The translations under genes and the position numbers were made by a program. Below are positions 31,144 to 42,153 of a DNA stretch of 64,000 nt, piece by piece. The notes beneath the pieces are model-generated. The model had not been told where the DNA came from, did no database searches, and was given only the letters and a program-made list of their open reading frames with translations. Where the stretch lies: positions 384,001 through 448,000 of the forward strand of contig OY970208.1 in assembly GCA_963713865.1 (NCBI GenBank). Direction: 5' to 3'. Position 1 is the first letter of the stretch; every line of letters begins with the position of its first letter. The DNA comes from an uncultured candidate division Zixibacteria bacterium. Its GTDB lineage: Bacteria; Zixibacteria; MSB-5A5; RBG-16-43-9.

Positions 31144-32346
31144 TTAAGTCCGGAAAAGAACCTGCTCTTTTTCAAAAAGCCAGCGGGTGATTAAAATCGC
31201 CAGACCAGCATATAAAGCAGTGCTTAAGAAGATAAGCCCGATATACCCCCAATTATAGGTCCCCAAAAGAATCTGCTTCAAAGCCAAGCTGATATTGATA
31301 ATCGGTATAAATGCCATCCCCACTGATAATTCCAGCCCTGGTAAAAAGGAAGCCATAGCTGGCATTATTATAATTATGAGCAAAGGGGAAATGTAACTCT
31401 GAGCTTCTTTATAAGATTTAGCGAAAATGGATAAGGAAAGCAAAATCGAGCTTGCCAGACAACAATAGGGAATTATAAGTAAGAACAGAACCAAAATGGA
31501 AAGAGGACTGACGAATAAAATTGCCTCTTTACCTATCTCTCCTGCCTCCTTGAATTTTGCAAAACTTGTTCCAGCACTTATGACCATACTGACTGTAGAA
31601 ACAATAGCGGTGACTAAAGAGGCCGTGAAAACAGCTAAGAACTTACCTGAGGAAATCTCACCTCGAGAAGCTGGTGAAACTAAAAGGGTCTCCAGTGTTC
31701 CTCTTTCCTTCTCACCGGCAGTCAAATCAATTGCCGGATACATCGCCCCGGTCAAAGCCATAATCATAATCATATAGGGTAAAAACATCGATAAGAAAAA
31801 CCCTCCCATTTTCTCTTTGGAAGCCAGATTTTCCATTTTGATTTTTACCGGGTGAAGCAGTGATCTATCAACATTTCGATCTTTTAACCTTTCGGTAACC
31901 ACGCTGTCCTGAAAAACTTTTAAAATATTGCCCAACTTATCTGAAGCCATATCCGATTGGATCTCAGCCTTGTCAAAGTAGATTTTAACCTGAGCCGAGT
32001 CTCCTGCACCAATCTTTTTCTCAAAATCTTTAGAGAACTCCAGTGCAGCTGTAATCCTTTTATCCTTTAAGGCGGTACTGTAATCCTTTTCCTGAACGAT
32101 TTCAAAGGACTTATTCTCCTTGAGGATAGAGAATATAGATGGAGCTTCATCCCTCCCAATGATTACTAAGGGGTTAACCCTTTCCCCTGTTTTTTTAGCC
32201 ATCATCATAGAGAGCGAAGTCATACCGAACATCAGAATCGGAAAAAGAAGGATCGGGACTAAAAGCATAGAGATAAGGGTTCTCCTGTCCCGGAGGATAT
32301 CTTTCATCTCTTTGAAATAGATTATCTTTATCTTTTTAAAATTCAT
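31144..32346 (-). CDS. natB: NatB-like ABC permease
   Basis: KEMKDILRDRRT, AIDLTAGEKERGTLETLL. Confidence 0.85.
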   Translation of the reverse strand: MNFKKIKIIYFKEMKDILRDRRTLISMLLVPILLFPILMFGMTSLSMMMAKKTGERVNPLVIIGRDEAPSIFSILKENKSFEIVQEKDYSTALKDKRITAALEFSKDFEKKIGAGDSAQVKIYFDKAEIQSDMASDKLGNILKVFQDSVVTERLKDRNVDRSLLHPVKIKMENLASKEKMGGFFLSMFLPYMIMIMALTGAMYPAIDLTAGEKERGTLETLLVSPASRGEISSGKFLAVFTASLVTAIVSTVSMVISAGTSFAKFKEAGEIGKEAILFVSPLSILVLFLLIIPYCCLASSILLSLSIFAKSYKEAQSYISPLLIIIIMPAMASFLPGLELSVGMAFIPIINISLALKQILLGTYNWGYIGLIFLSTALYAGLAILITRWLFEKEQVLFRT

Positions 32347-33080
32347 TCAAACTCCCCACTAATTTAACAAAAACCTCGTCTAAATCCTTGAGTCTGGTTT
32401 CGGATTGAAGTTTTTCTAAGGTGCCGAACCGCTAAGATTTTCCCTCTATGGATGATAGCGATCTCGTCACAGAGCTTTTCTGCCTCATGCATTATATGGG
32501 TGGAGAAAAGAACACACTTATTCTCTTCCTTAGCTCTGCGGATGAACTGGATGATATTTTTTGAGGTTATCACATCTAAACCCAGAGTGGGTTCATCTAA
32601 AATCAATACCTCCGGGTCATGTATAATGGTGCGAGCCAAAGAGACCTTTTGCTTCATCCCGGAGGAGAGTTTATCCACCCGTCTATCTCTGAAGTTCTTC
32701 ATATCGAAAATCATGAAAATATTTTCTAATCTTTTCTGGATTACCTCCTCCTCTATCCCATTCAATCTGGCAAAATAAGTTACCGTCTCCTCTGCTGTCA
32801 ACCTCGGATAAAGGGCGGTATCAGAAGAGAGGAACCCAATAGTGGCTTTTACTTTTTGAGAGTCAGTAAGGATATCGAAACCATTTACCTTTGCGGTTCC
32901 AGAAGTTGGCTTTAATACAGTAGAAAGAAGACGCATCAGGGTGGTTTTACCTGCGCCATTTAGCCCTAAGAGTCCAAAAATTTTCCCGGGCTGACATTCC
33001 ATATCTACCTTATCCACCGCCACTATCTCCCCCCTCTTTCTATCCCAAAATATCTTTGTGAGATTAAAGGTTTTTATCAT
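32336..33080 (-). CDS. natA: NatA-like ABC ATPase with one extra base near 32427
   Basis: GLNGAGKT, LSSGM, LDEPT; removing one base restores VGTLEKL..LDEVFV, ending at 32336 and overlapping natB. Confidence 0.82.
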
Positions 33081-33119
33081 CTTTAAAACTAAGAGGTGAA
33101 ATCCGGATCCTTTTTATTT

Positions 33120-34535
33120 TTAATACTCCGTGGTCTCCCTGGTCCTTTCAGACTCAAACTTTTCCAGCCAGCGCGGGTCTTTTATCTCCCCTTTGGCCGT
33201 AGACTGAACCAACTTGTAAACCCCATAACCTTGTTCATCTACGAAGATGAAGTAGACCCCACCCTGAATATAGTCATAGTTCCACCTCTCCCAGGATTTG
33301 GTTGACATAGAATAAGGGTGCCTTTCGATGTCAGTCGGCTCATCATATACAATATAGACCCTGCCCATATCAGTTTTCCAGCCATCTTTCTCTTTTTTAT
33401 TACTGGTTGAGTATCTGCGGTTTGCTTCTTCCCATCTATTATAATATCCGATTTTAAACTCGTTTTCAGGTGTTAGAGGATCCGGGTCCCTTTTCTTCCA
33501 GAATTCGAGCAAAAACTGGCTTTTGCCAAATAAATTCAGTTGATCATACATCTTTAATTCATCTTTCGTGCTGATGTAAGCGATCATCCTTCTTATAAGT
33601 TTGGCTTCTTCCTCAGTTCTGGGCTCTTCTGCGCTTTCTTGAAGAGACGGACCCAAGACCTGAAAAGGTTTTGTACCTTTGACCTCATCTCCGGAATCAA
33701 GATCTTTAACTAAAAGCTGGAGGAAATATTTACCGGGAGAAAGAGAATTTATATTCAGAGCGCTCATCACCACCGTAGAGTTCCCTGGCTTGGTGTTTAT
33801 CTGATAACCATAATCCTTGGGATTTGAGCCGGCAGAATCCAATATGGAAAAACTCAATGAATAACCCTTCTTCTCTCCCTCTAAATCTGTTTTGAGATTA
33901 TAAATCTCTGCGTAAAAATAGAGCATCGCTGTTTTCGAAATATATTCACCCCGGGGGTTGGGTAGGACCTTCATTCCGGATTTGTTGAATTTAACATCTA
34001 AGGTGTCCTCATCGGATAAGTTTAAAACCAACTGGAGGTCGCTCATCTGTAAAGCACCTCCTTTGAAATCTGGAATCAAAATTTGAGCCTTCTTAACCCC
34101 TACCTTACTGGAATTGAGATCAATAACTTTAAACTCCAGAAAATAGATACCCGGCTTGAGGGTATCTCCCAAGATATCGATCATCTGCACATCAGAGGTT
34201 TCAATTTTTTCCAAATCTGTTACCAAACTCCCGACCTGCCATTTTTTCTCCTTGACTTTTTCTCCTGCCTGATTTGTCAGGATAATCTCCAGAGAGATGA
34301 CGGTTCCGTATCCTTCAACCTGCTTTATATAATCCAGTTCCTTCTGTTCCAGGGAGTAATATATCTCCACATAACTTTTTTCTGTATCTGGTAGATATTT
34401 GAAAGCTCCATAATCCAGATTTATCTTAAGCGAGTCTATAGTTGTGCCCTGAGGCTGACCCTGAGGAACTAAAAAAATCAGAGTAAAAAACAAAAGATAG
34501 ATTATTCCCCTCCTCTGTTCTAACTGTCCTTTCAT
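33120..34535 (-). CDS. GWxTD-domain protein
   Basis: FWKKRDPDP.TPENE, GWKTDMGRVYIVY. Confidence 0.88.
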   Translation of the reverse strand: MKGQLEQRRGIIYLLFFTLIFLVPQGQPQGTTIDSLKINLDYGAFKYLPDTEKSYVEIYYSLEQKELDYIKQVEGYGTVISLEIILTNQAGEKVKEKKWQVGSLVTDLEKIETSDVQMIDILGDTLKPGIYFLEFKVIDLNSSKVGVKKAQILIPDFKGGALQMSDLQLVLNLSDEDTLDVKFNKSGMKVLPNPRGEYISKTAMLYFYAEIYNLKTDLEGEKKGYSLSFSILDSAGSNPKDYGYQINTKPGNSTVVMSALNINSLSPGKYFLQLLVKDLDSGDEVKGTKPFQVLGPSLQESAEEPRTEEEAKLIRRMIAYISTKDELKMYDQLNLFGKSQFLLEFWKKRDPDPLTPENEFKIGYYNRWEEANRRYSTSNKKEKDGWKTDMGRVYIVYDEPTDIERHPYSMSTKSWERWNYDYIQGGVYFIFVDEQGYGVYKLVQSTAKGEIKDPRWLEKFESERTRETTEY

Positions 34536-34595
34536 TTTTATCTCTCCTTTTTAAAATTGTTTTATTAAAAATTGAGGGGGATCTATGCTCGATTT

Positions 34596-35951
34596 TCACC
34601 TTCTGCCATCATAGGGATATTGAAGCTCATATTCTCCATGGCCAGTTACATCTACAAACAGGAATTTGCGATTGAGCCTGTAATAATACCAAACCAGATA
34701 GGATTTGGTGCTGAGCTCAAAAGGATGTCTATCCACTTCGTCTGGCGGACCAAACTTGATATAGACCATCCCCATATCGGTCTTATATCCCTCCTTATCG
34801 TAGATTCCGAAGTGTTCATTTGCATATTTCACCCTTTTATAATACTCCTCCATCAATTCATTCTCCGGTGTATCCGGGGTAGGGTCTTTAGATTTCCAGA
34901 AGTCTATCCATCTTTTTGTCCTATCTTCTTCCTTTGCATTTTTTAGATCTTTTAGTTCTTTATCCGAAGCCACATGGCGCAAAAGATCCACTGCCTTGGG
35001 GTAGTTGTTCTTCACCTGATAGAGCAGTGACCACTCAATATTCATCTCCTTTTGTGCTTTTGCCCTGACCCTCCCTTCCTTGTTCACGAGCTTAAGACGA
35101 AGGGTATAGGTTCCATCTTTTATTTCGCCAATTTTAATCTCTTTGAAATCATAGAAGCTCTGATCCGCTGCTGGTTGAAGTGGAATTCTGGAGGTATCTC
35201 TTAAGACTACAGCCTTATTACTTGTCTCTAATTCGTAGATTATCAAATACTCTTCTGCTCTTAAAGATTTAAAATTATAGATCTCATAATAAATCCAGAA
35301 AAGGGGTTCAGGATCACCGAAAATGCCTGAAACGCTGGGGATAACCTCTCTGCCTCGTTTGGTGAACTTGGAGGAATCCTGGTTCTCCTTCACGTCTCGA
35401 GCCAATTCTATACCACTAAAAGCTGGATCGTTACTCTTCAGAGAAGCAACACTGACCTGCTGTTCCGATTTAAGCACCTGATTGGAATTATGGTCGATTA
35501 GCTTAAAACTCAACTTGTACTCTCCAGCTGGAACTGATAAATTAACCTGGTTAATCAAGAAATTTGAAGGTGATTGAGTTTCCTGATAACTCTCAACCAT
35601 ATATTCTTCCTCATGGGAGCTGGCAGTAAACTGCTCATTTTTACTGAAAAGCACAATCTCGACCTCATAGCTGGCTTTGAACTTATCCTGTTCCTTTATG
35701 AAGGTGAATTTGTGGTTGAAAACCTTATAATAGATCTCTAATCTCCAGTTCTCCTCTTGTCCTTCTTTTCCTGTGGATCCGTTATCGAAGAAACAGGCAT
35801 AATCCAAGAAAATCCCCTTCTCTTCCGGTTCTTCTAAATATCCGAAATCGGTTTGTGAAAAAGCCCTGGGGATGAAAAACAAAGAAAGGCTCAAAATCAG
35901 TCCAAAACGGATACATCTAGAAAATGTAACCTTAGTTTTCATACTCTTCAT
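34596..35951 (-). CDS. GWxTD-domain protein (GYKTD variant)
   Basis: FWKSKDPTPDTPENE, GYKTDMGMVYIKFGPP. Confidence 0.88.
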   Translation of the reverse strand: MKSMKTKVTFSRCIRFGLILSLSLFFIPRAFSQTDFGYLEEPEEKGIFLDYACFFDNGSTGKEGQEENWRLEIYYKVFNHKFTFIKEQDKFKASYEVEIVLFSKNEQFTASSHEEEYMVESYQETQSPSNFLINQVNLSVPAGEYKLSFKLIDHNSNQVLKSEQQVSVASLKSNDPAFSGIELARDVKENQDSSKFTKRGREVIPSVSGIFGDPEPLFWIYYEIYNFKSLRAEEYLIIYELETSNKAVVLRDTSRIPLQPAADQSFYDFKEIKIGEIKDGTYTLRLKLVNKEGRVRAKAQKEMNIEWSLLYQVKNNYPKAVDLLRHVASDKELKDLKNAKEEDRTKRWIDFWKSKDPTPDTPENELMEEYYKRVKYANEHFGIYDKEGYKTDMGMVYIKFGPPDEVDRHPFELSTKSYLVWYYYRLNRKFLFVDVTGHGEYELQYPYDGRR

Positions 35952-36055
35952 TTTACAATATACCTGAATTTATGAGAAATATCCATAAAAAATTTTACCC
36001 AGCTTTCTCTTATAATTACTCTAAACCCCACTTTTATATTTGATGCTGCCCTTTC

Positions 36056-36227
36056 AGGGACTGTTGAAAAAGTGTTTTTGGGGTGCAAAAGCTTGTTTTT
36101 ACGATTTTTTAGAAATTTAGATCTCTTTAGATTTCAACTACTTAGATTTTTGAGAAAAATAGCACCAGCCTCAAGGTCAACTTCGACAAGCTGGTGCACT
36201 CCGATTCAGGGTTTTTCAACACACCCT
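36056..36227. mobile_element. Non-autonomous MITE / IS relic, 172 bp
   Basis: AGGGACTGTTGAAAAAG and GTTTTTCAACACACCCT form a 14/17 IR; no transposase. Confidence 0.65.
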
Positions 36228-36228
36228 T

Positions 36229-37485
36229 TTATTCGTACCTTAAGGAGATAATCGGGTCCACTTTGGCTGCCCGGTAAGCTGGATAGATGCCGAATATAAG
36301 CCCAACTCCGACAGCGACTGAGAAACCTATGATTACCCAGGGTAGGGAGATGCTGGCAGGCAAAGGGGTAGTTAAAGCTATAAGCTGGCTCAAAAGAAGC
36401 CCTATAGCTATACCCAGAACCCCGCCTGTTCCACTCAGGGTCATGGCCTCAATCAAAAACTGCCAGATGATATCCTTTTTTTTGGCTCCGATGGCTTTCC
36501 TTATCCCTATTTCCCTCGTTCTCTCCGTAACCGAGACCAGCATTATGTTCATCACCCCTACCCCCCCGACTAAAAGACCTATAGAGGAGATCACCACCAT
36601 TACCATATAAATAGCACTGGTGATCTGATGATAGACATTCATCAGGTCATCCTGAGTGGAGACGGCGAAATCATCCGGTTTATCGTAAGGGACAGCTCTC
36701 CTTCTTCTCATCATCTCAGTTATTTCGCCAATCGCCTTAGATATCAGCTCTGGTGATCTAGGCTTAGCAATTAAAAGCAGCTCCTTTTCCTCAGGGTAAA
36801 GTATATGGTAAGTACCATAAGGCAGTAGGACAAAATTGTTCATGCTTTCGCCCAATAGATTAGGCCTTTTCTCCATTACTCCTACAACTGTAAACTTCTT
36901 AGGTGAAAAGTTTGCCCCTCCCATTAATATCTCTTTGCCAATCGGGTCCTGAAAAGGAAATAGTTTCTCTTTCACATCTGGCCCTAAGACGATTACCTCA
37001 GCTTTATATTTTATATCCGAATCGGTGAAAAACCTTCCCTCCGCTACAAAATTGTTATTGACCACCTCATATTCCGGGGTAACGCCGATTAGCTGGAAAC
37101 CGGTTACCTCTTCTTTCCTGAATTTTATGATTTTGGATCCGGGTCCCCAATTCTGGGGAGAAACCTCGCTTATCGAAGGACAGTATTCCCTCACAGCCAT
37201 AGCATCCTCAAAAGTGATTGGTTTGCGATTCCTTTCCTCCTCCGGAATACGACCCATACGGATTCCAATCTTCTCTTTAGTAACATAAATGACATTTGAG
37301 CCTAAGGACTCTATCTGGGCAGCCATACTGTTATTCAAACCCTGGATAATCGAGACCATTCCGATAACTGCAGTCACCCCGATTAGAACCCCCAAGATAG
37401 TTAATAAAGAACGCATCTTGTTAGCCTTAAGCGCCGCCCAGGCCATCAACATACCTTCTCTTATCTCAAATAGATTCATCGTCAA
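36229..37485 (-). CDS. MacB/FtsX-like ABC permease
   Basis: RSLLTILGVLIG, VMNIMLVSVTERTREIGIRKAIGA. Confidence 0.92.
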   Translation of the reverse strand: MTMNLFEIREGMLMAWAALKANKMRSLLTILGVLIGVTAVIGMVSIIQGLNNSMAAQIESLGSNVIYVTKEKIGIRMGRIPEEERNRKPITFEDAMAVREYCPSISEVSPQNWGPGSKIIKFRKEEVTGFQLIGVTPEYEVVNNNFVAEGRFFTDSDIKYKAEVIVLGPDVKEKLFPFQDPIGKEILMGGANFSPKKFTVVGVMEKRPNLLGESMNNFVLLPYGTYHILYPEEKELLLIAKPRSPELISKAIGEITEMMRRRRAVPYDKPDDFAVSTQDDLMNVYHQITSAIYMVMVVISSIGLLVGGVGVMNIMLVSVTERTREIGIRKAIGAKKKDIIWQFLIEAMTLSGTGGVLGIAIGLLLSQLIALTTPLPASISLPWVIIGFSVAVGVGLIFGIYPAYRAAKVDPIISLRYE

Positions 37486-37656
37486 CCTATTCTTTATTCC
37501 TATTTGAATTCTACTAAAAAATCAAATCCGCCTGAGGTGGATAGCTTTACCTTTATTCAAGTTAAAAGAATCATTCTGATAGACCTAAAGGTTTATACTC
37601 CAATCTCTTTCTAAAACTACTTTTTCAATATTTTCTCTCTTATCTCTTACCTTTTT

Positions 37657-38874
37657 CTATTCATATCTCAGGCAAGCTATCGGATCCAGCTTGGCGGCCT
37701 TCATCGCCGGAAATATTCCGAAGAAAAGCCCTACTGAGGTAGCGATGATTAACCCGGTAATAACTGACCAGGCTTCAATTGCGGCTGGAAGTGGAGTAGT
37801 TGCAGCAATGATCTTAGCTATAAGGCTACCTAAGCTAACCCCGATTAAACCTCCAACTAAGGCTAAAGTAACCGCTTCAACTAAAAACTGCCAGAGTATA
37901 TTTTTCTTCTTCGCACCTACTGCCTTACGGATACCGATCTCCTTGGTTCTCTCTGTTACTGAGACCAGCATTATATTCATAATAACAATACCTCCAACCA
38001 CCAGAGCAATTGACGAAACCCCGATCATAACTAAGAAAGCGGTAGAGGTGAAAGTCCGATATAAATCCATAAAAGTATCAGAGGTCATAATGGCGAAATC
38101 ATCCGGCTTATCATAGGGAACATTTCTTCTGGTTCTGAGAACTAAGCGGACTTGATCTTGAGCTTCCTGCATTGAGCCAAAATTCTCCACCTTGACAAAG
38201 ATAGACATAAACCTTTTGGTTCCGAAAAGTTTACTGAAGGTGGTAATGGGGATTAAGACGAAATCGTCCTGATTCTCTCCCAAGAAAGTCCCTCTTTTCG
38301 TAGCTATTCCTACAACTCTGAAGTAATAATTCCCTATCTTGAGGTCTCTACCTAAGGGATCCTGGTTAGGAAATAGATTGTCCGCAATCTCCCATCCGAT
38401 AAGAACTACCCTTCTATTATGCTCATTTTCAAATTCAGAAGGGTACCTTCCACTGCTCAAATTTATGTCTGAGATCTCAGTTATGTTAGCAGTTGCTCCA
38501 GCTACAGCTATGTCACTAACATATTTCTCTCTATATTTAATTTTTTTAAAGGCAACCGCCCGAGCTCCAACCTTCCAGCACAACGGGCATCTTTCCTTTA
38601 TCGCCTCCATATCCTGCAGGGCAAAGTCTTTTCTTTTCAGCGCTTTTAAGTAGTCTTCTTCGCTCATAGTTATGCCGAACTTGTTCACAAAGAACGTGGA
38701 TGAGCCTAAAGCGTTGATTTGGTCAGCTACGTATTTGTTCATTCCGGCGATGATCGAGACTACTGCGATAACGGTCATAACCCCGATTATCACCCCGATC
38801 AGGGTGAGAATAGACCTGAGCTTATTTGAGATCAAAGACCTCAATGCCATCCCCACACTTTCTAAAAACTGCAA
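37657..38874 (-). CDS. MacB/FtsX-like ABC permease
   Basis: IMNIMLVSVTERTKEIGIRKAVGA. Confidence 0.92.
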   Translation of the reverse strand: MQFLESVGMALRSLISNKLRSILTLIGVIIGVMTVIAVVSIIAGMNKYVADQINALGSSTFFVNKFGITMSEEDYLKALKRKDFALQDMEAIKERCPLCWKVGARAVAFKKIKYREKYVSDIAVAGATANITEISDINLSSGRYPSEFENEHNRRVVLIGWEIADNLFPNQDPLGRDLKIGNYYFRVVGIATKRGTFLGENQDDFVLIPITTFSKLFGTKRFMSIFVKVENFGSMQEAQDQVRLVLRTRRNVPYDKPDDFAIMTSDTFMDLYRTFTSTAFLVMIGVSSIALVVGGIVIMNIMLVSVTERTKEIGIRKAVGAKKKNILWQFLVEAVTLALVGGLIGVSLGSLIAKIIAATTPLPAAIEAWSVITGLIIATSVGLFFGIFPAMKAAKLDPIACLRYE

Positions 38875-38899
38875 TCTTTTCCTCCATCAGAGAATAAAT

Positions 38900-39586
38900 T
38901 TATTTTAACCTTTCATCCTTCTCGATCATTCCATCCCGGATATGAACCACTCTATCAGCATATTTGGCTATGTCCGGCTCATGGGTAACAATAATCACTG
39001 TATTCCCCTCCGTATGCAACCGGTCAAAGAGTTTCATGATTTCCACTCCGGTGGCTGTATCCAGATTGCCGGTCGGTTCATCTGCTAAGATTAGCGAAGG
39101 GTTGTTCACTATTGCCCTGGCTATTGCTACCCTCTGTCTCTCCCCTCCAGAAAGCTCATTCGGTTTATGGGTAATCCTGACTTCTAAGTCAACCATCTTC
39201 AGGGCTTTTCTTGCTTTCTCTAACCTTTCTTTTGATTCAGTTCCGTTATAGATCAACGGAAGCTCCACATTATGCAGTGCAGTTGCTCTGGGTAAAAGGT
39301 TAAAAGTTTGGAACACAAACCCGATCTCTTTATTGCGGATAAAAGCTAATTCATCATCGTTCATCTGGCTCACCAGTCTGCTGTTGAGATAATATTTCCC
39401 CTGGGTGGGCGTATCCAAACACCCGATTAGATTCATAAGAGTCGACTTCCCGGAACCAGACGGTCCCATTATCGCCAGATACTCCCCTTTTTTCACTTCT
39501 AAATCAACCCCTCTTAAGGCCTGGACTTGAACCTTTTCGTTCCCGATCTCATATACCTTCCAGAGATTCTCAGTTTTAATCAGCAC
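38900..39586 (-). CDS. MacB/LolD-type ABC ATPase
   Basis: [22 protein letters not shown]. Confidence 0.93.
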   Translation of the reverse strand: MLIKTENLWKVYEIGNEKVQVQALRGVDLEVKKGEYLAIMGPSGSGKSTLMNLIGCLDTPTQGKYYLNSRLVSQMNDDELAFIRNKEIGFVFQTFNLLPRATALHNVELPLIYNGTESKERLEKARKALKMVDLEVRITHKPNELSGGERQRVAIARAIVNNPSLILADEPTGNLDTATGVEIMKLFDRLHTEGNTVIIVTHEPDIAKYADRVVHIRDGMIEKDERLK

Positions 39587-39587
39587 T

Positions 39588-40823
39588 TTAACTTCCCTCT
39601 TTTTTCTCTATTTTTTTCTCAATCTTGATCCTATCCCCATCTTTTAAGGTTCTTAAGATCTTATAACTGCCAGTGATTATCTGGTCATTTTCCTTTAAAC
39701 CGGTAACTACTTCTATATTCTGCTGATCGGAAATTCCGCTTTTAATAGGAATGAATTTTGCCTTGCTTTTCTCAACCAAAAAGACCCCATCCAGCTCTTT
39801 TTTCTTCTTATTATTATTTTTTTCTTCTTCCGAGGAAGAGGCTAAGGCAGTAGCTTTACCTTCTTTGGATTTGGTATTCAGTGTATCTTTTTTCTCCTCT
39901 CGCATCACCACTGCGGCAATCGGGATCTGCAAAACGTCTTTATGAGAAGCGGTGGTAATATCCACTGAGGCTGACATACCGGGTTTTACCCCATTCACCT
40001 CATCTAAGAGCAAAACCTTAACCAGAAAATTGACCACCTGATCCTGGGTGCCATAACCGGTGATTTTAGCGGTATTGCCTATCTCTGAAACCTCTCCGTT
40101 AAAAACCGTATCCGGGAAAGCATCTATCTTTATTTTTGATTCCTGACCCAATTTCACCTCTGCGATATCGGTCTCGTCTACTTCTACTTCTACCTCGAAA
40201 AGAGATATGTCAGATATGGTCATGATCTCAGTTGGATTGTAAGTAGCACCGGTTACCATCTCCCCTTCTTTTTTCATCAACTCTGTAATCTTTCCATCCA
40301 TTGGAGCGGTAATGGTGGTTTTAGCCAAGAGATCGTTAGCTTGCCTAAGAGAAGCTGAGCTTTGATCATATTGAGCCTTAGCTATATTATACTCGGTCAT
40401 GCTTGCATCGTACTGTTCTTTGGAGGTAAGATTTTTTTCAAATAATTTCTTCTGGCGTTCAAAAACCAGTTCAGTCTGCTCAAAATTAGCTTTGGCAGAG
40501 TTTAATTGGGCAGTAGCTTGAGCAGCAGCAGATTTATATTCAGATGGGTCGATCTGAACCAGAAGCTGTCCTCTTTTAACCCAATCCCCATCCTTAACCG
40601 AAAGACTTATTATCACTCCCGGGACAGTAGCGCTGATCTTTACATCCTTTTTCGCTTGAACCTTTCCACTCCCTGTGACTATAGAGGCTATATCTCCTTT
40701 TTTGACTTTATCAACCTCCACCTTATAGACTTTTTCGCCGGATCGGGATAGATTGAGTAAAACGATAATCAATATTACAGCTATTACCACTACCCCGATT
40801 ATGATCTTACTTCTCTTCTTCAT
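39588..40823 (-). CDS. MacA-like periplasmic adaptor (MFP)
   Basis: N-terminal TM, lipoyl halves, coiled coil, KPGMSA. Confidence 0.9.
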   Translation of the reverse strand: MKKRSKIIIGVVVIAVILIIVLLNLSRSGEKVYKVEVDKVKKGDIASIVTGSGKVQAKKDVKISATVPGVIISLSVKDGDWVKRGQLLVQIDPSEYKSAAAQATAQLNSAKANFEQTELVFERQKKLFEKNLTSKEQYDASMTEYNIAKAQYDQSSASLRQANDLLAKTTITAPMDGKITELMKKEGEMVTGATYNPTEIMTISDISLFEVEVEVDETDIAEVKLGQESKIKIDAFPDTVFNGEVSEIGNTAKITGYGTQDQVVNFLVKVLLLDEVNGVKPGMSASVDITTASHKDVLQIPIAAVVMREEKKDTLNTKSKEGKATALASSSEEEKNNNKKKKELDGVFLVEKSKAKFIPIKSGISDQQNIEVVTGLKENDQIITGSYKILRTLKDGDRIKIEKKIEKKEGS

Positions 40824-40850
40824 AAATCTCCTCCAGTTTTTCTAATCCAC

Positions 40851-42131
40851 TTATTTGTCTATAGCTTTTTCAAATTGAGCTAAAGCTAAATTATAATCGT
40901 ACAGGGCTTGAACCTGGTTACTTTTGGCAGTTTTGTAGGAAACATTAGCATCTAAAAGCTCAAGGATAGATGCCGCACCCAGGTTGTATTTCTCCTGGGT
41001 TAATTTCAAATCCTCTTCGGCTGATTTCAAAGCATCATCCGTCAGTTGAATCTTCTGCTCTGCTTCTTTCACCGAAAGATAAGCCTGTTTTATCTCTAAT
41101 TCCAAATCCCTCCTGCTCTGCTTCAGGCTCTCTTTGGCTAAATTAAGCTGAGCCTTAGCACTTCTAACTTTGGAGGTGGTTAGAAAACCTTCAAATATAT
41201 TCAGGCTGATATTTATCCCGATCCCCCAGGAATCGTTCTTCTCTATATCCCGGCTTGAAGGAAATCCATAGCTGTTCCAGGAATAACTGCCCGAGAAAGA
41301 TATGTTGGGGAAATTGCCTCCTCTGGCAATGGTCAGGCTTGAATGAGCCTGATTTACTCCCATCTCGGCTTTATCGATCTGCGGATGATTTCCTAATGCT
41401 TTCCTGGTCTCCTCTTCTAAGTTAACTTCCAGCTTCTTATATCCTAACTTGGCATCTATCTCTAAGGGGGTATTTATATCTATACCTAACAAGCTGTTCA
41501 AGCTGGCTTCAGTTAATTTCACGTTGTTGGCATAAGTAATCAAATTCAGACTATCGTTCCCCAACTGCACTTTTGCCTTAAGATAATCGGAAAGGGAGGC
41601 AGAGCCTAAATCATACCTCGCTTTTGCCATGTTGAGCTGTTCGATACTCTTCTTCACTGCATCCTGCTGAACGTCATACAGCATCTGAGCTTTCAAAAGA
41701 TTATAACAGCCCTCTTTTACACTCAATGCCACAGATTTTTCTGCTAATTTTAAATCGTCCCAGGCTGACCTCTTTCCCGCTCTTCTCAAATTGAAACTCG
41801 CCCAGTTTGAACCACCGTCAAAAATAGTTTGGCTTACTCCAAGACTAAAACGATACTCATCATAATCTAATCTCTCCGGAAATGCATTTTGAATCGTCCA
41901 GCCCGAGGAAAGACCAAGGCTGGGCAATAAACCTGACCAGCCACCCAATAGCTCCCATCTGGCGGATTTATAATTCTCCTGGGCAGAACGAGCTTCAAAG
42001 TTGTTCTTCAGGGCTATCTGCACACAATCATCGATGGTGAGAACTTTTGGGGGAACCTCCTGTGCTTGCGCTAAAAAACCGGCCCAGAAGAAAAATATTA
42101 CCCAGAATGCAAAAAATACTCCTTTTTTCAT
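40851..42131 (-). CDS. TolC-family outer-membrane protein
   Basis: IALKNN, two Y.LG.AS repeats, OEP architecture. Confidence 0.9.
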   Translation of the reverse strand: MKKGVFFAFWVIFFFWAGFLAQAQEVPPKVLTIDDCVQIALKNNFEARSAQENYKSARWELLGGWSGLLPSLGLSSGWTIQNAFPERLDYDEYRFSLGVSQTIFDGGSNWASFNLRRAGKRSAWDDLKLAEKSVALSVKEGCYNLLKAQMLYDVQQDAVKKSIEQLNMAKARYDLGSASLSDYLKAKVQLGNDSLNLITYANNVKLTEASLNSLLGIDINTPLEIDAKLGYKKLEVNLEEETRKALGNHPQIDKAEMGVNQAHSSLTIARGGNFPNISFSGSYSWNSYGFPSSRDIEKNDSWGIGINISLNIFEGFLTTSKVRSAKAQLNLAKESLKQSRRDLELEIKQAYLSVKEAEQKIQLTDDALKSAEEDLKLTQEKYNLGAASILELLDANVSYKTAKSNQVQALYDYNLALAQFEKAIDK

Positions 42132-42153
42132 TTATACTCCTTTTAAAAGTTTT

